From Anaeromyxobacteraceae bacterium (GTDB lineage: Bacteria; Myxococcota; Myxococcia; Myxococcales; Anaeromyxobacteraceae): 19,223 bases of DNA. How positions within the stretch are numbered: position 1 is the first letter of the stretch; the number at the start of each line of letters is the position of its first letter. The stretch lies in assembly GCA_036555405.1 (NCBI GenBank), contig DATBLK010000092.1:1-19223 (forward strand), in the 5' to 3' direction. Both the position numbers and the translations under genes were made by a program. The notes beneath the pieces are model-generated. The model had not been told where the DNA came from. It ran no database searches and saw only the letters and a program-made list of their open reading frames with translations. Shown here in pieces: positions 1 through 7,025 of the stretch.

Positions 1-1
1 G

Positions 2-637
2 GCGGCCCGGCGCGCGCGGCGCCTCGCCGAGCTGTTCGGGCGCGGGACGGCCATCCGCTTCGTCCACGCGCCGGGCTCCTGGAAGCGTCTCGAGCCCGGA
101 AGCCGCCGCCGCTTCCTGCTGCTGGGCCGCTCGCCGCCTCGGGTGGCGGCGGAGCCGGCGCGCTCGGCCGCGCTCCGCCGGGTGCCCGGCGGCCGCCGCC
201 AGCTCGCCGCCTGCCTGGAGCGGCTCGGGGCACCCGCCGCCCGGCTCGTGGCCGCCGGCGCCGCGTCCCTGTGGGCGGTCGCTGCCGCGCCCGCCTGCGA
301 CGCCTGCGGCGCCTGCGCCGCGCTCTGCCCCACCGAGGCGCTCGAGCTCCGGGAGGACGCGGCCGGAGCGACCCTCCTGCACCGGCCGCTGTGGTGCACG
401 GGATGCGGCGCGTGCATGGCCCGATGCCCCCGCCGCGCCCTGGCCGCCCGCGATCCGGTGCCCTCGGCATTCCTGACCGTCCCCCGCCTTCCGCTGGCGA
501 CGGCCGCGCGACGTCGCTGCGCGGCCTGCGGGCGGCCGGCCGGCGCCGCGTCGGCCGGCGCCCTCTGCGCGGACTGCCGCGTCCGCCGCGAGCTCGCCGC
601 CTCGTTCTCCGCCCCGCGCCGGGAGCTGGCCCGGTGA
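2..637 (+). CDS. 4Fe-4S dicluster ferredoxin-domain protein; 5' end lies outside the window
   Basis: The frame is open from nt 2 with no stop (…FGRGTAIRFVHAPGSWKRLEPG…). The track's Met at 143 is therefore internal. There are two ferredoxin-type motifs: CDACGACAALCP and CTGCGACMARCP (C-x2-C-x2-C-x3-CP). A C-terminal CAACG…LCADC pair (CxxC…CxxC) follows. The TGA at 635-637 overlaps the GTG start of the next gene (GTGA). Confidence 0.5.
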   Translation, partial: AARRARRLAELFGRGTAIRFVHAPGSWKRLEPGSRRRFLLLGRSPPRVAAEPARSAALRRVPGGRRQLAACLERLGAPAARLVAAGAASLWAVAAAPACDACGACAALCPTEALELREDAAGATLLHRPLWCTGCGACMARCPRRALAARDPVPSAFLTVPRLPLATAARRRCAACGRPAGAASAGALCADCRVRRELAASFSAPRRELAR

Positions 638-1131
638 GCCGGACCCTCGCCGCCTGCCTCGCCTCCGCCCTGGGCTTCGCCTGCGGCGACCCGCCGGTGG
701 TCCAGCCCATCCCCTTCAACCACCAGATCCACCTGGGCTCCGTCGGCCTGCAGTGCGACGCCTGCCACGAGCGGGCCTACACCCACCGGCAGGCCGGCAT
801 CCCGCGCGTGGACCTCTGCCTCGGCTGCCACGCCGGCGACGTCACCGAGAACCCGGCCGCCCTCCGGCACGTCGAGCTCCTCCGCCGGCGCGGCGCGGAA
901 GGCCGGGAGGTGGAGTGGAAGCGAGTCTACCGGCTGCCGCGGCACGTCTTCTTCTCGCACCGCCGGCACACCGAGCTCGGCAAGCTCGAGTGCTCCGCCT
1001 GCCACGGCGACATGGCCCGCCTGGCGGCGCCGCCGGAGCGACCCGTGGAGGAGGCCCTGAGCATGGACGGCTGCATGGACTGCCACGAGAAGCTGGGCGT
1101 CGAGAACGAGTGCGCCTGGTGTCATCGCTAG
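634..1131 (+). CDS. Pentaheme c-type cytochrome with N-terminal signal/anchor (cyt c3/c7-like; ActA/QrcA-like electron-entry subunit)
   Basis: There are five CxxCH motifs in about 165 aa: CDACH, CLGCH, CSACH, CMDCH and CAWCH. The hydrophobic N-terminus is MSRTLAACLASALGFACG. The GTG start at 634 overlaps the upstream stop. The track's 271 start would run through the upstream ferredoxin ORF in another frame, so I reject it. Confidence 0.8.
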   Translation: MSRTLAACLASALGFACGDPPVVQPIPFNHQIHLGSVGLQCDACHERAYTHRQAGIPRVDLCLGCHAGDVTENPAALRHVELLRRRGAEGREVEWKRVYRLPRHVFFSHRRHTELGKLECSACHGDMARLAAPPERPVEEALSMDGCMDCHEKLGVENECAWCHR

Positions 1132-1138
1132 GGGAGGG
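1131..1138 (+). promoter_or_regulatory. Shine-Dalgarno GGGGAGGG, 8 nt upstream of the ATG at 1147
   Basis: A purine-rich anti-SD complement sits directly upstream of the MopB start. Confidence 0.5.
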
Positions 1139-1146
1139 CCGGCTCG

Positions 1147-3576
1147 ATGACCATCACCCGTCGCACGTTCATGCGGGCCGCCGGCGGCGGGGCGGCCGCG
1201 GGCCTGGCCGGCTGCAAGGCCCTGGAGCGCGGCTACCCCGAGGAGTACTGGATCGAGCAGCCGACGCTGCCGGGCCAGGAGAAGGCGCCGCCGGGGGAGG
1301 AGCGCTTCCTGCGCAGCGTGTGCATGCAGTGCGAGGGGGGCTGCGGCATCGTGGTCCGCGTGGTCGAGGGTCGGGCGGTGCGGATCGCCGGCAACCGCGA
1401 CTACCCCACGAACCAGGGCGGCCTGTGCCCGAAGGGCGTGAACGGGCTCCAGGTCCTCTACGACCCCGACCGGATCCGGGGGCCGCTGCGCCGCGACGGG
1501 GAGCGCGGCTCCGGCGCCTGGAAGCCCGTCTCCTGGGACGAGGCCATCGCCGAGGTGGCCGCGCGGCTGCGCACCCTGCGCCGGCGCGGGCAGCCGCAGG
1601 GGCTGGCGGTGATGGGCGGGCGCTACCGCGGACACATGCGCGACCTGGTGCGGCGCTTCCTCACCGCCTACGGCTCGCCCAACGAGATCGACCACGACTC
1701 GCTGTGCTCGAACGGCGACGCCGCCGCGCACGGCCTCACGCAGGGGGTGCGCGACCGGCTCGCCTACGACTGGGAGCGGACCCGCTACGTGCTGGTCTTC
1801 GGCGCCGGCTTCACCGAGTCGTTCCGCCCGACGGCCATGATGCTGCGGGTCCACGGCGTGCTCCGCGGCCGCCCGGGGCAGCGCGCCAAGATCGTCCAGA
1901 TCGACCCGCGCTTCGGGGTGTCCGCCGCGCGCGCCGACGAGTGGGTCCCGGTCCGGCCGGGGGCGGACGCCGCCCTGGCCCTGGGGATCGCCCACGTGCT
2001 CGTGCGCGACGGGCTCCACGACCGCGACTTCGTGGCCCGCCACACCCTGGGCTTCGAGGCCTGGACCGACGCCGCCGGCCACAGGCACGCCGGGTTCAAG
2101 GACCTGCTGCTGGAGCGCTACGCGCCCGGGCGCGCCGCGGAGCTCTGCGGCGTTCCCGCCGCGACCATCGAGCGGCTGGCCCGGGAGGCCGCGGCCCACC
2201 GCCCGGCCGTCGCCGTCGGCGGCCGAGGCGCCGCGGCCCACACCAACGGCCTCTACGCCCGGCTCGCCATCCACTCCCTCAACGCCCTCCTCGGCAGCAT
2301 CGAGGCGCCGGGCGGGGTCCTGGTGCAGCGCCCCCCTCCCTACGCCGCCTGGCCCGCGCCGGAGGTCGACGAGGCCGCGCGCCGCGGCCTGGCGGCGCCG
2401 CGCCTCGACCTCGGGGGACCTGGGGTGGCACCGCTCGCGGAGAGCGCCGTGGTCCGCCTCGCCGAGCGGATCGAGCAAGGCCGCCCGTACCCGCTCGAGG
2501 CCCTGTTCGTCTACTACACGAACCCGGTCTTCTCCGCGCCCGAGCCGGACCGGCTGGCGGCTGCATTGCGGCGGGTGCCCCTGCTCGTCAGCTTCTCGCC
2601 GTTCATGGACGAGACCACGCGCCAGGTCGACCTCGTCCTGCCCGACCACACCTACCTCGAGCGCTGGCAGCTCGACACCGGGACGCCGAGCGTCGGCTTC
2701 CCCCTCCTCGGGCTCCGGCAGCCGGTGGTTCCGCCGGTGCACGACACCCGCAGCACCGGCGAGGTGCTCATCGCCCTGGCGCGGGCCCTCGGCGGCTCGA
2801 TGGCGCGATCCTTCCCCGACGACGAGCTGGGGATGATCAAGCAGCTCCTGCGCGGCGTGCACCAGAGTGGCCGCGGCTCGGTCAAGGCCGGGACCTTCGA
2901 CGAGTTCTGGAAGGGCCTGGTCGCGGCGGGCGGCTGGTGGGATCCGCCCTACCGCTTCGGCGAATGGCCGCGCGCCCTGGCGACGCCGTCGGGGAAGTTC
3001 GAGTTCTACGCCACGCGCCTCGAGGAGCGCCTGGGCGCGGACGCGCGCCGCCGCTGGCCCGAGCTGGACCCGGCGGCCGCCCGCGACCGGCTCCTCGAGG
3101 ACCTGGGCGTGGCCGCGCGAGGCGACGAGGCCTTCCTCCCGCACCACGAGCCGGTGCGATACGCCGCGGCGGAGGCCGACTACCCGTTCGTCCTCAACTC
3201 CTACAAGACGATGACCCACGCCGAGGGGCGAGGCGCGAACCAGCCGCACCTGCAGGAGCTGTTCGGCGTCCAGTTCGACCGGAGCTGGGGGCCGTGGGTG
3301 GAGATCCACCCCGCCGACGCGGCCGGCCTGGGCATCGCCGAGGGGGACCGGGTGCTCCTGCGATCGGCGACCGGCGAGGCCCGCATGCGCGCCGTGCTCC
3401 ACGACGGCGCCAGCCGGGGCGTCGTGAACGTGCCCTTCGAGTACGGCCACACCGCCTACGGCCGCTGGGCCGCGGGCCGCGGGGAGAGCGTCAACCTGCT
3501 CGGCAACCGCCTGGCCGACCCGCTCGCCGGCGGCGTCGCCTGGAACGACCTGCGGGTCCAGGTTCACAAGGCCTGA
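1147..3576 (+). CDS. Molybdopterin-oxidoreductase (MopB/CISM) family large subunit, Tat-exported (PsrA/PhsA/TtrA/QrcB/ActB1-like)
   Basis: Twin-arginine signal: MTITRRTFMRAAGGGAAAGLAGC. N-terminal FS0 motif: CMQCEGGCGIV…(27 aa)…GGLCPKG, i.e. C-x2-C-x3-C-x27-C. The 809-aa length and the C-terminal MopB-type domain (…VNVPFEYGHTAYGRWAAGRGESVNLLGN…DLRVQVHKA) both fit the family. Confidence 0.9.
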   Translation: MTITRRTFMRAAGGGAAAGLAGCKALERGYPEEYWIEQPTLPGQEKAPPGEERFLRSVCMQCEGGCGIVVRVVEGRAVRIAGNRDYPTNQGGLCPKGVNGLQVLYDPDRIRGPLRRDGERGSGAWKPVSWDEAIAEVAARLRTLRRRGQPQGLAVMGGRYRGHMRDLVRRFLTAYGSPNEIDHDSLCSNGDAAAHGLTQGVRDRLAYDWERTRYVLVFGAGFTESFRPTAMMLRVHGVLRGRPGQRAKIVQIDPRFGVSAARADEWVPVRPGADAALALGIAHVLVRDGLHDRDFVARHTLGFEAWTDAAGHRHAGFKDLLLERYAPGRAAELCGVPAATIERLAREAAAHRPAVAVGGRGAAAHTNGLYARLAIHSLNALLGSIEAPGGVLVQRPPPYAAWPAPEVDEAARRGLAAPRLDLGGPGVAPLAESAVVRLAERIEQGRPYPLEALFVYYTNPVFSAPEPDRLAAALRRVPLLVSFSPFMDETTRQVDLVLPDHTYLERWQLDTGTPSVGFPLLGLRQPVVPPVHDTRSTGEVLIALARALGGSMARSFPDDELGMIKQLLRGVHQSGRGSVKAGTFDEFWKGLVAAGGWWDPPYRFGEWPRALATPSGKFEFYATRLEERLGADARRRWPELDPAAARDRLLEDLGVAARGDEAFLPHHEPVRYAAAEADYPFVLNSYKTMTHAEGRGANQPHLQELFGVQFDRSWGPWVEIHPADAAGLGIAEGDRVLLRSATGEARMRAVLHDGASRGVVNVPFEYGHTAYGRWAAGRGESVNLLGNRLADPLAGGVAWNDLRVQVHKA

Positions 3577-3580
3577 GGCG

Positions 3581-3586
3581 AGGAGG
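3581..3586 (+). promoter_or_regulatory. Shine-Dalgarno AGGAGG, 9 nt upstream of the GTG at 3596
   Basis: It lies in the 20-nt MopB/FeS intergenic region. Confidence 0.5.
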
Positions 3587-3595
3587 ATCGGCGCC

Positions 3596-4399
3596 GTGCC
3601 CAGATGGGGAATGGTCATCGACCTCGACCGCTGCACCGGCTGCCAGGCGTGCAGCCTGGCCTGCCGCACCGAGAACAACGTGCCCTTCTGCGGCGAGCAC
3701 AACGCCGCCCGGGGGCGCGCCATCTTCTGGAACAAGGTGATCGCGATCCCCGGCGGAGGCGAGCACGCGGCGAGCGGCCGCGGTGCGGGGCCGAAGCCGG
3801 AGGCGCACGGGGAAGGCCCCGAGGGAGGCGAGCCGTCGCGGCGGCCGCGCCTGCGCCTCCTGCCCCTCCCGTGCATGCACTGTGACAACTCCCCCTGCAC
3901 CAAGCTCTGCCCGGTGCGGGCCACCTTCCGCGGCGCCGACGGCATCGTCATGCAGGTGCCGAGCCGCTGCATCGGCTGCCGCCTGTGCCAGGCCGGCTGC
4001 CCCTACTCGCGGCGCTACTTCAACTGGCAGCCGCCGCAGTACCCGGAGGAGCTGGGGCAGGCGCTCAACCCCGACGTCTCGCTGCGCACGCTGGGCGTGA
4101 TCGAGAAGTGCACCTTCTGCGTGCATCGGCTCCAGGAGGCGCGCGAGCGCGCCCGGGCCGAGAAGCGCCCCCTGCGCGAAGAGGACTACCAGCCGGCCTG
4201 CGTCGAGGCGTGCCCGGCCAGGGCCCGGACCTTCGGCGACCTCCAGAACCCGGCCCACAAGGTCGCCAAGCTGGTGCGCAGCCCGCGCGCCTTCCGGCTC
4301 CTGCCGGAGCTCAACACCCAGCCGAAGGTCTACTACCTCTCCGAGGGCGACTGGCTCAGCGAGGCCGCCGAGTCGGCCCAGGGCGGGATGGACACATGA
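3596..4399 (+). CDS. Four-cluster 4Fe-4S ferredoxin-type subunit (PsrB/NrfC/HybA/QrcC family)
   Basis: The N-terminus is MPRWGMVIDLDRCTGCQACSLAC, which is typical of this family. Four Cys cluster motifs are present: CTGCQACSLAC, CMHCDNSPCTKLCP, CIGCRLCQAGCP and CTFCVHR…CVEACP. There is no signal peptide, so it would co-export with the Tat subunit. The GTG start has a strong SD. The stop overlaps the next start (ATGA). Confidence 0.9.
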   Translation: MPRWGMVIDLDRCTGCQACSLACRTENNVPFCGEHNAARGRAIFWNKVIAIPGGGEHAASGRGAGPKPEAHGEGPEGGEPSRRPRLRLLPLPCMHCDNSPCTKLCPVRATFRGADGIVMQVPSRCIGCRLCQAGCPYSRRYFNWQPPQYPEELGQALNPDVSLRTLGVIEKCTFCVHRLQEARERARAEKRPLREEDYQPACVEACPARARTFGDLQNPAHKVAKLVRSPRAFRLLPELNTQPKVYYLSEGDWLSEAAESAQGGMDT

Positions 4400-6024
4400 C
4401 GGACCGCGACGTCCACGTCTTCCTCCGACCGCTGCTGCGCACCCGCTCGACGACCTGGGTGGTGCTGGCGCTGTCCCTGGCCGGAGCGGCCTGGCTCTTC
4501 TACGGCGCCTTCTACTACCAGTTCTTCGAGGGCCACCAGGTGACCGGCCAGGGCACGCACGGGGCCATGTGGGGCAGCATCGTCGCCAACGTGGTGCAGC
4601 TCATCGGGGTGAGCCACGTCGGCATCGCCATCTCCGCCACCGTCCGCATCCTCCGGCTCCACCGCTACCAGCAGCTGGCGCGCATCGCCGAGCTGGTGAC
4701 GCTCGTCTCCCTCACCGCCGCGGTGATCAACATCGCCGCCGACGTGGGCCGGCCCGACCGCTTCATCTACAACGTCGTCTTCCACGGGAACTACACCGGG
4801 CCGTTCGTCTGGTCGGCGAGCGTCATCACCGCCTACCTGGTCGGGAGCAGCGTCTACCTCTACCTGGCCATGCGGCGCGACATCTACCTCTGCTCGCGGG
4901 TCCTGCCGCGCCGCCGCTGGCTCTACCGCCTCCTGGCGCTCGGCTACACGGACACGCCGGAGGAGCGGCACGCTCACGAGCGGGTGGTCCGCTGGTGCGC
5001 GGTGATCATCCTGCCCATCATGGTGTCGGTCCACTCGGTCTACGGCTTCGTCTTCGGGCTCAACCCCGGCAGGCCGGGCTGGTTCAACCCCTTCCAGCCG
5101 CCCTACTTCGTGCTGGGCGCCATCGTCACCGGCTTCTCCGGAGTGGTGGTGGTCGCCGCGGCCCTGCGAAGCATCTACGGCTGGCAGGAGGTGCTGCCGC
5201 ACCGGATGTTCAAGGGGCTCGGCGTCTTCCTCGGCTTCGTGACGCTCCTGTACCTCTACTTCCTGTTCGCCGAGATCCTCACCGGCGTGTACTCGCCGCC
5301 CGAGGCGGAGCACGGCGTCTTCCAGGACCTGCTCTTCGGCCGCTTCGCCAGGATCGCATGGACCGCGACCCTCGGCGGGATGGTGGTGCCGTTCTGGATC
5401 CTCTTCGTCCAGGGAGCGCACCCCCGGATCTGCCGCACCTGGGTGGTGGTGGTGGCGGCGGCCCCGATCTTCGTCGCCATGTGGTGCTGGCGCTACCTCA
5501 TCACCGTCCCGTCCTTCTTCCACGGCCACCTGCCCTACCGCGTCGTCGAGTACGCGCCCACGCCGTTCGACTGGAGCCTGGTGGCGGCCACGTACGCGTT
5601 CTGCACCTTCTTCTACATCGCGCTCGTCAAGCTCCTGCCCATCCTCGAGCTCCCCGAGGAGTTCGTCCCCGAGCGGCCCGCCCTCCCGGCGCGGATCCCC
5701 GAGTACCGGCGGCGGCTCTTCGCCCGGGGGAAGCGCGCCGCCGTCTGGTCGACGGTCCTCCTCGGCGCAGGTCTCATCGCCTACGGCGTCTCGACGCGCC
5801 ACGACATCCGGGCGCCGTCGCCGGCCATCTGGATCGCGGGGATCCTGGCCCTGTGGACCGTTCCCCTCCAGATCTGCCTCGCACCCGGCTTCGCGCTCCG
5901 GCGGAAGGCGGCCCGCGCGCCGCCGTCCGCGGAGGCGAGGCCGGCGCGCCCGCCGCCCGCCCCCCGCCCGGCACGGACCCCCCGCCGCCCTGCGTTGCCA
6001 GCCTTCCAGGAGGAGAGACCATGA
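4396..6024 (+). CDS. NrfD/PsrC-type polytopic membrane quinone-interacting subunit (ActC/QrcD-like) with a Pro/Arg-rich C-terminal tail
   Basis: The ATG at 4396 overlaps the FeS stop (ATGA). The protein is about 543 aa with roughly 10 hydrophobic segments, for example WVVLALSLAGAAWLFYGAFYY, VVQLIGVSHVGIAISA and FVLGAIVTGFSGVVVVAAAL. It ends in the tail …RKAARAPPSAEARPARPPPAPRPARTPRRPALPAFQEERP. The track's 3985 start lies inside the FeS gene in another frame, so I reject it. Confidence 0.85.
   Translation: MTDRDVHVFLRPLLRTRSTTWVVLALSLAGAAWLFYGAFYYQFFEGHQVTGQGTHGAMWGSIVANVVQLIGVSHVGIAISATVRILRLHRYQQLARIAELVTLVSLTAAVINIAADVGRPDRFIYNVVFHGNYTGPFVWSASVITAYLVGSSVYLYLAMRRDIYLCSRVLPRRRWLYRLLALGYTDTPEERHAHERVVRWCAVIILPIMVSVHSVYGFVFGLNPGRPGWFNPFQPPYFVLGAIVTGFSGVVVVAAALRSIYGWQEVLPHRMFKGLGVFLGFVTLLYLYFLFAEILTGVYSPPEAEHGVFQDLLFGRFARIAWTATLGGMVVPFWILFVQGAHPRICRTWVVVVAAAPIFVAMWCWRYLITVPSFFHGHLPYRVVEYAPTPFDWSLVAATYAFCTFFYIALVKLLPILELPEEFVPERPALPARIPEYRRRLFARGKRAAVWSTVLLGAGLIAYGVSTRHDIRAPSPAIWIAGILALWTVPLQICLAPGFALRRKAARAPPSAEARPARPPPAPRPARTPRRPALPAFQEERP
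6008..6013 (+). promoter_or_regulatory. Shine-Dalgarno AGGAGG, 7 nt upstream of the ATG at 6021
   Basis: The SD lies inside the 3' end of the NrfD-like gene. That fits translational coupling. Confidence 0.5.
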
Positions 6025-6959
6025 CCGCCGATACGCAAGCCGACGGATACACGCAGTACGACGACGAGTTCCGGACCAAGATCGGGCTCAACCCCGCGAG
6101 CGCCGTCCTCTTCGGGATCGGCCTCGCCCTGACCGCCGTCGCCGCCCGGCTCGCCGACCGCCTGCCGGCGGCCCTGGCCGTGGCCGCGGCAGGCCTGTGC
6201 CTGTCGGTGCTCCTCGGCCTCGCTCCGCGGGTCGCCAACGAATGGGAGCGCGCCGTGCTCCTGCGCCTCGGCCGCTTCCGCCGGCTGGAGGGGCCGGGGT
6301 TGTTCTGGGTGATCCCCTTCGTCGACCGGGTGGCCATGTGGGTCGACCTCCGGGTGCGCACCACCAGCTTCTCGGCCGAGAAGACGCTGACCGCCGACAC
6401 CGTGCCCGTGGACGTGGACGCGGTCCTGTTCTGGGAGGTGCGCGACGCCAAGCAGGCTGCGCTCATCGTGGAGGACTACCGCAAGGCGGTGGCCTGGGCG
6501 GCGCAGACCGCGCTGCGCGACATCATCGGCAAGACCCACCTCGCCGAGCTGCTGACCGGCCGCGAGGCCATCGACGACTCGCTGAAGGCGCTCATCGACG
6601 CGCGCACGCACGACTGGGGCATCCTGGTCCGCTCGGTCGAGATCCGCGACGTCGCCATCCCGGCCAACCTGGAGGACGCGATGTCGCGCCAGGCGCAGGC
6701 GGAGCGCGAGAAGCGCGCCCGGGTGATCCTCGGGGACGCGGAGGTGGAGATCGCGTCGCGCTTCGAGGCCGCCGCCCTGCGCTACGTGAACAACCCCACG
6801 GCGTTCCAGCTCCGGGCCATGAACATCCTCTACGAGGGGCTGCAGGAGAAGGGCTCGCTGATCGTCGTGCCCTCGTCCGTCGCCGAGTCCCTCAACGTCG
6901 CCGGCGCCGTCGGGCTGACCGCGTTCCGCAACGCGAACACACCGCAGGCGAAGGTGTAG
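6021..6959 (+). CDS. SPFH/band-7 (stomatin/prohibitin/HflK-C-like) membrane-anchored protein
   Basis: An N-terminal TM segment (AVLFGIGLALTAVAARLA…LCLSVLLGLAP) precedes a core typical of stomatin-family PHB domains: EWERAVLLRLGRFRRLEGPGLFWVIPFVDRV…VDVDAVLFWEVRDAKQAAL. Coiled-coil-like AQAEREKRARVILGDAEVE follows. The ATG at 6021-6023 overlaps the NrfD stop at 6022-6024. The track's 4569 start is a GC artefact. Confidence 0.85.
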   Translation: MTADTQADGYTQYDDEFRTKIGLNPASAVLFGIGLALTAVAARLADRLPAALAVAAAGLCLSVLLGLAPRVANEWERAVLLRLGRFRRLEGPGLFWVIPFVDRVAMWVDLRVRTTSFSAEKTLTADTVPVDVDAVLFWEVRDAKQAALIVEDYRKAVAWAAQTALRDIIGKTHLAELLTGREAIDDSLKALIDARTHDWGILVRSVEIRDVAIPANLEDAMSRQAQAEREKRARVILGDAEVEIASRFEAAALRYVNNPTAFQLRAMNILYEGLQEKGSLIVVPSSVAESLNVAGAVGLTAFRNANTPQAKV

Positions 6960-7025
6960 CCGGGGGCGACCCGCTCCAGGGCTACCTCTTCGCGCGCCCC
7001 GAGCGAGGCTTCGTCCCGCCATCCG

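Noticed and set aside
271-1131. The track ORF starts at 271, which adds about 120 aa N-terminal to the cytochrome.
   Set aside because: That extension overlaps the ferredoxin-like gene in another frame and is Arg/Pro-rich low-complexity, which is the typical GC shadow. The GTG at 634 overlaps the upstream stop and yields a sensible signal sequence.
753-3740. A 995-aa + strand ORF overlaps the MopB gene.
   Set aside because: It is a shadow frame of the MopB gene. Its Arg/Gly/Pro-rich composition carries no motifs, while MopB in the other frame has Tat, FS0 and MopB-domain signatures.
3985-4395. The track ORF 3985..6024 gives a 137-aa N-terminal extension to the NrfD-like protein.
   Set aside because: The extension lies inside the FeS gene in another frame. 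The ATG at 4396 overlaps the FeS stop and is followed immediately by the TM-rich NrfD core.
3491-5802. Minus-strand ORFs 3491..4258 and 4333..5802 lie antisense to the FeS and NrfD genes.
   Set aside because: They are antisense shadows with Asp/Glu/Arg/Gly-rich low-complexity. The sense-strand genes have clear family signatures.
4569-6020. The track ORF 4569..6959 gives a 484-aa N-terminal extension to the SPFH protein.
   Set aside because: The extension is low-complexity (Arg/Pro/Gly/His) overlapping the NrfD gene. The SPFH core starts at ATG 6021 with SD and stop overlap.
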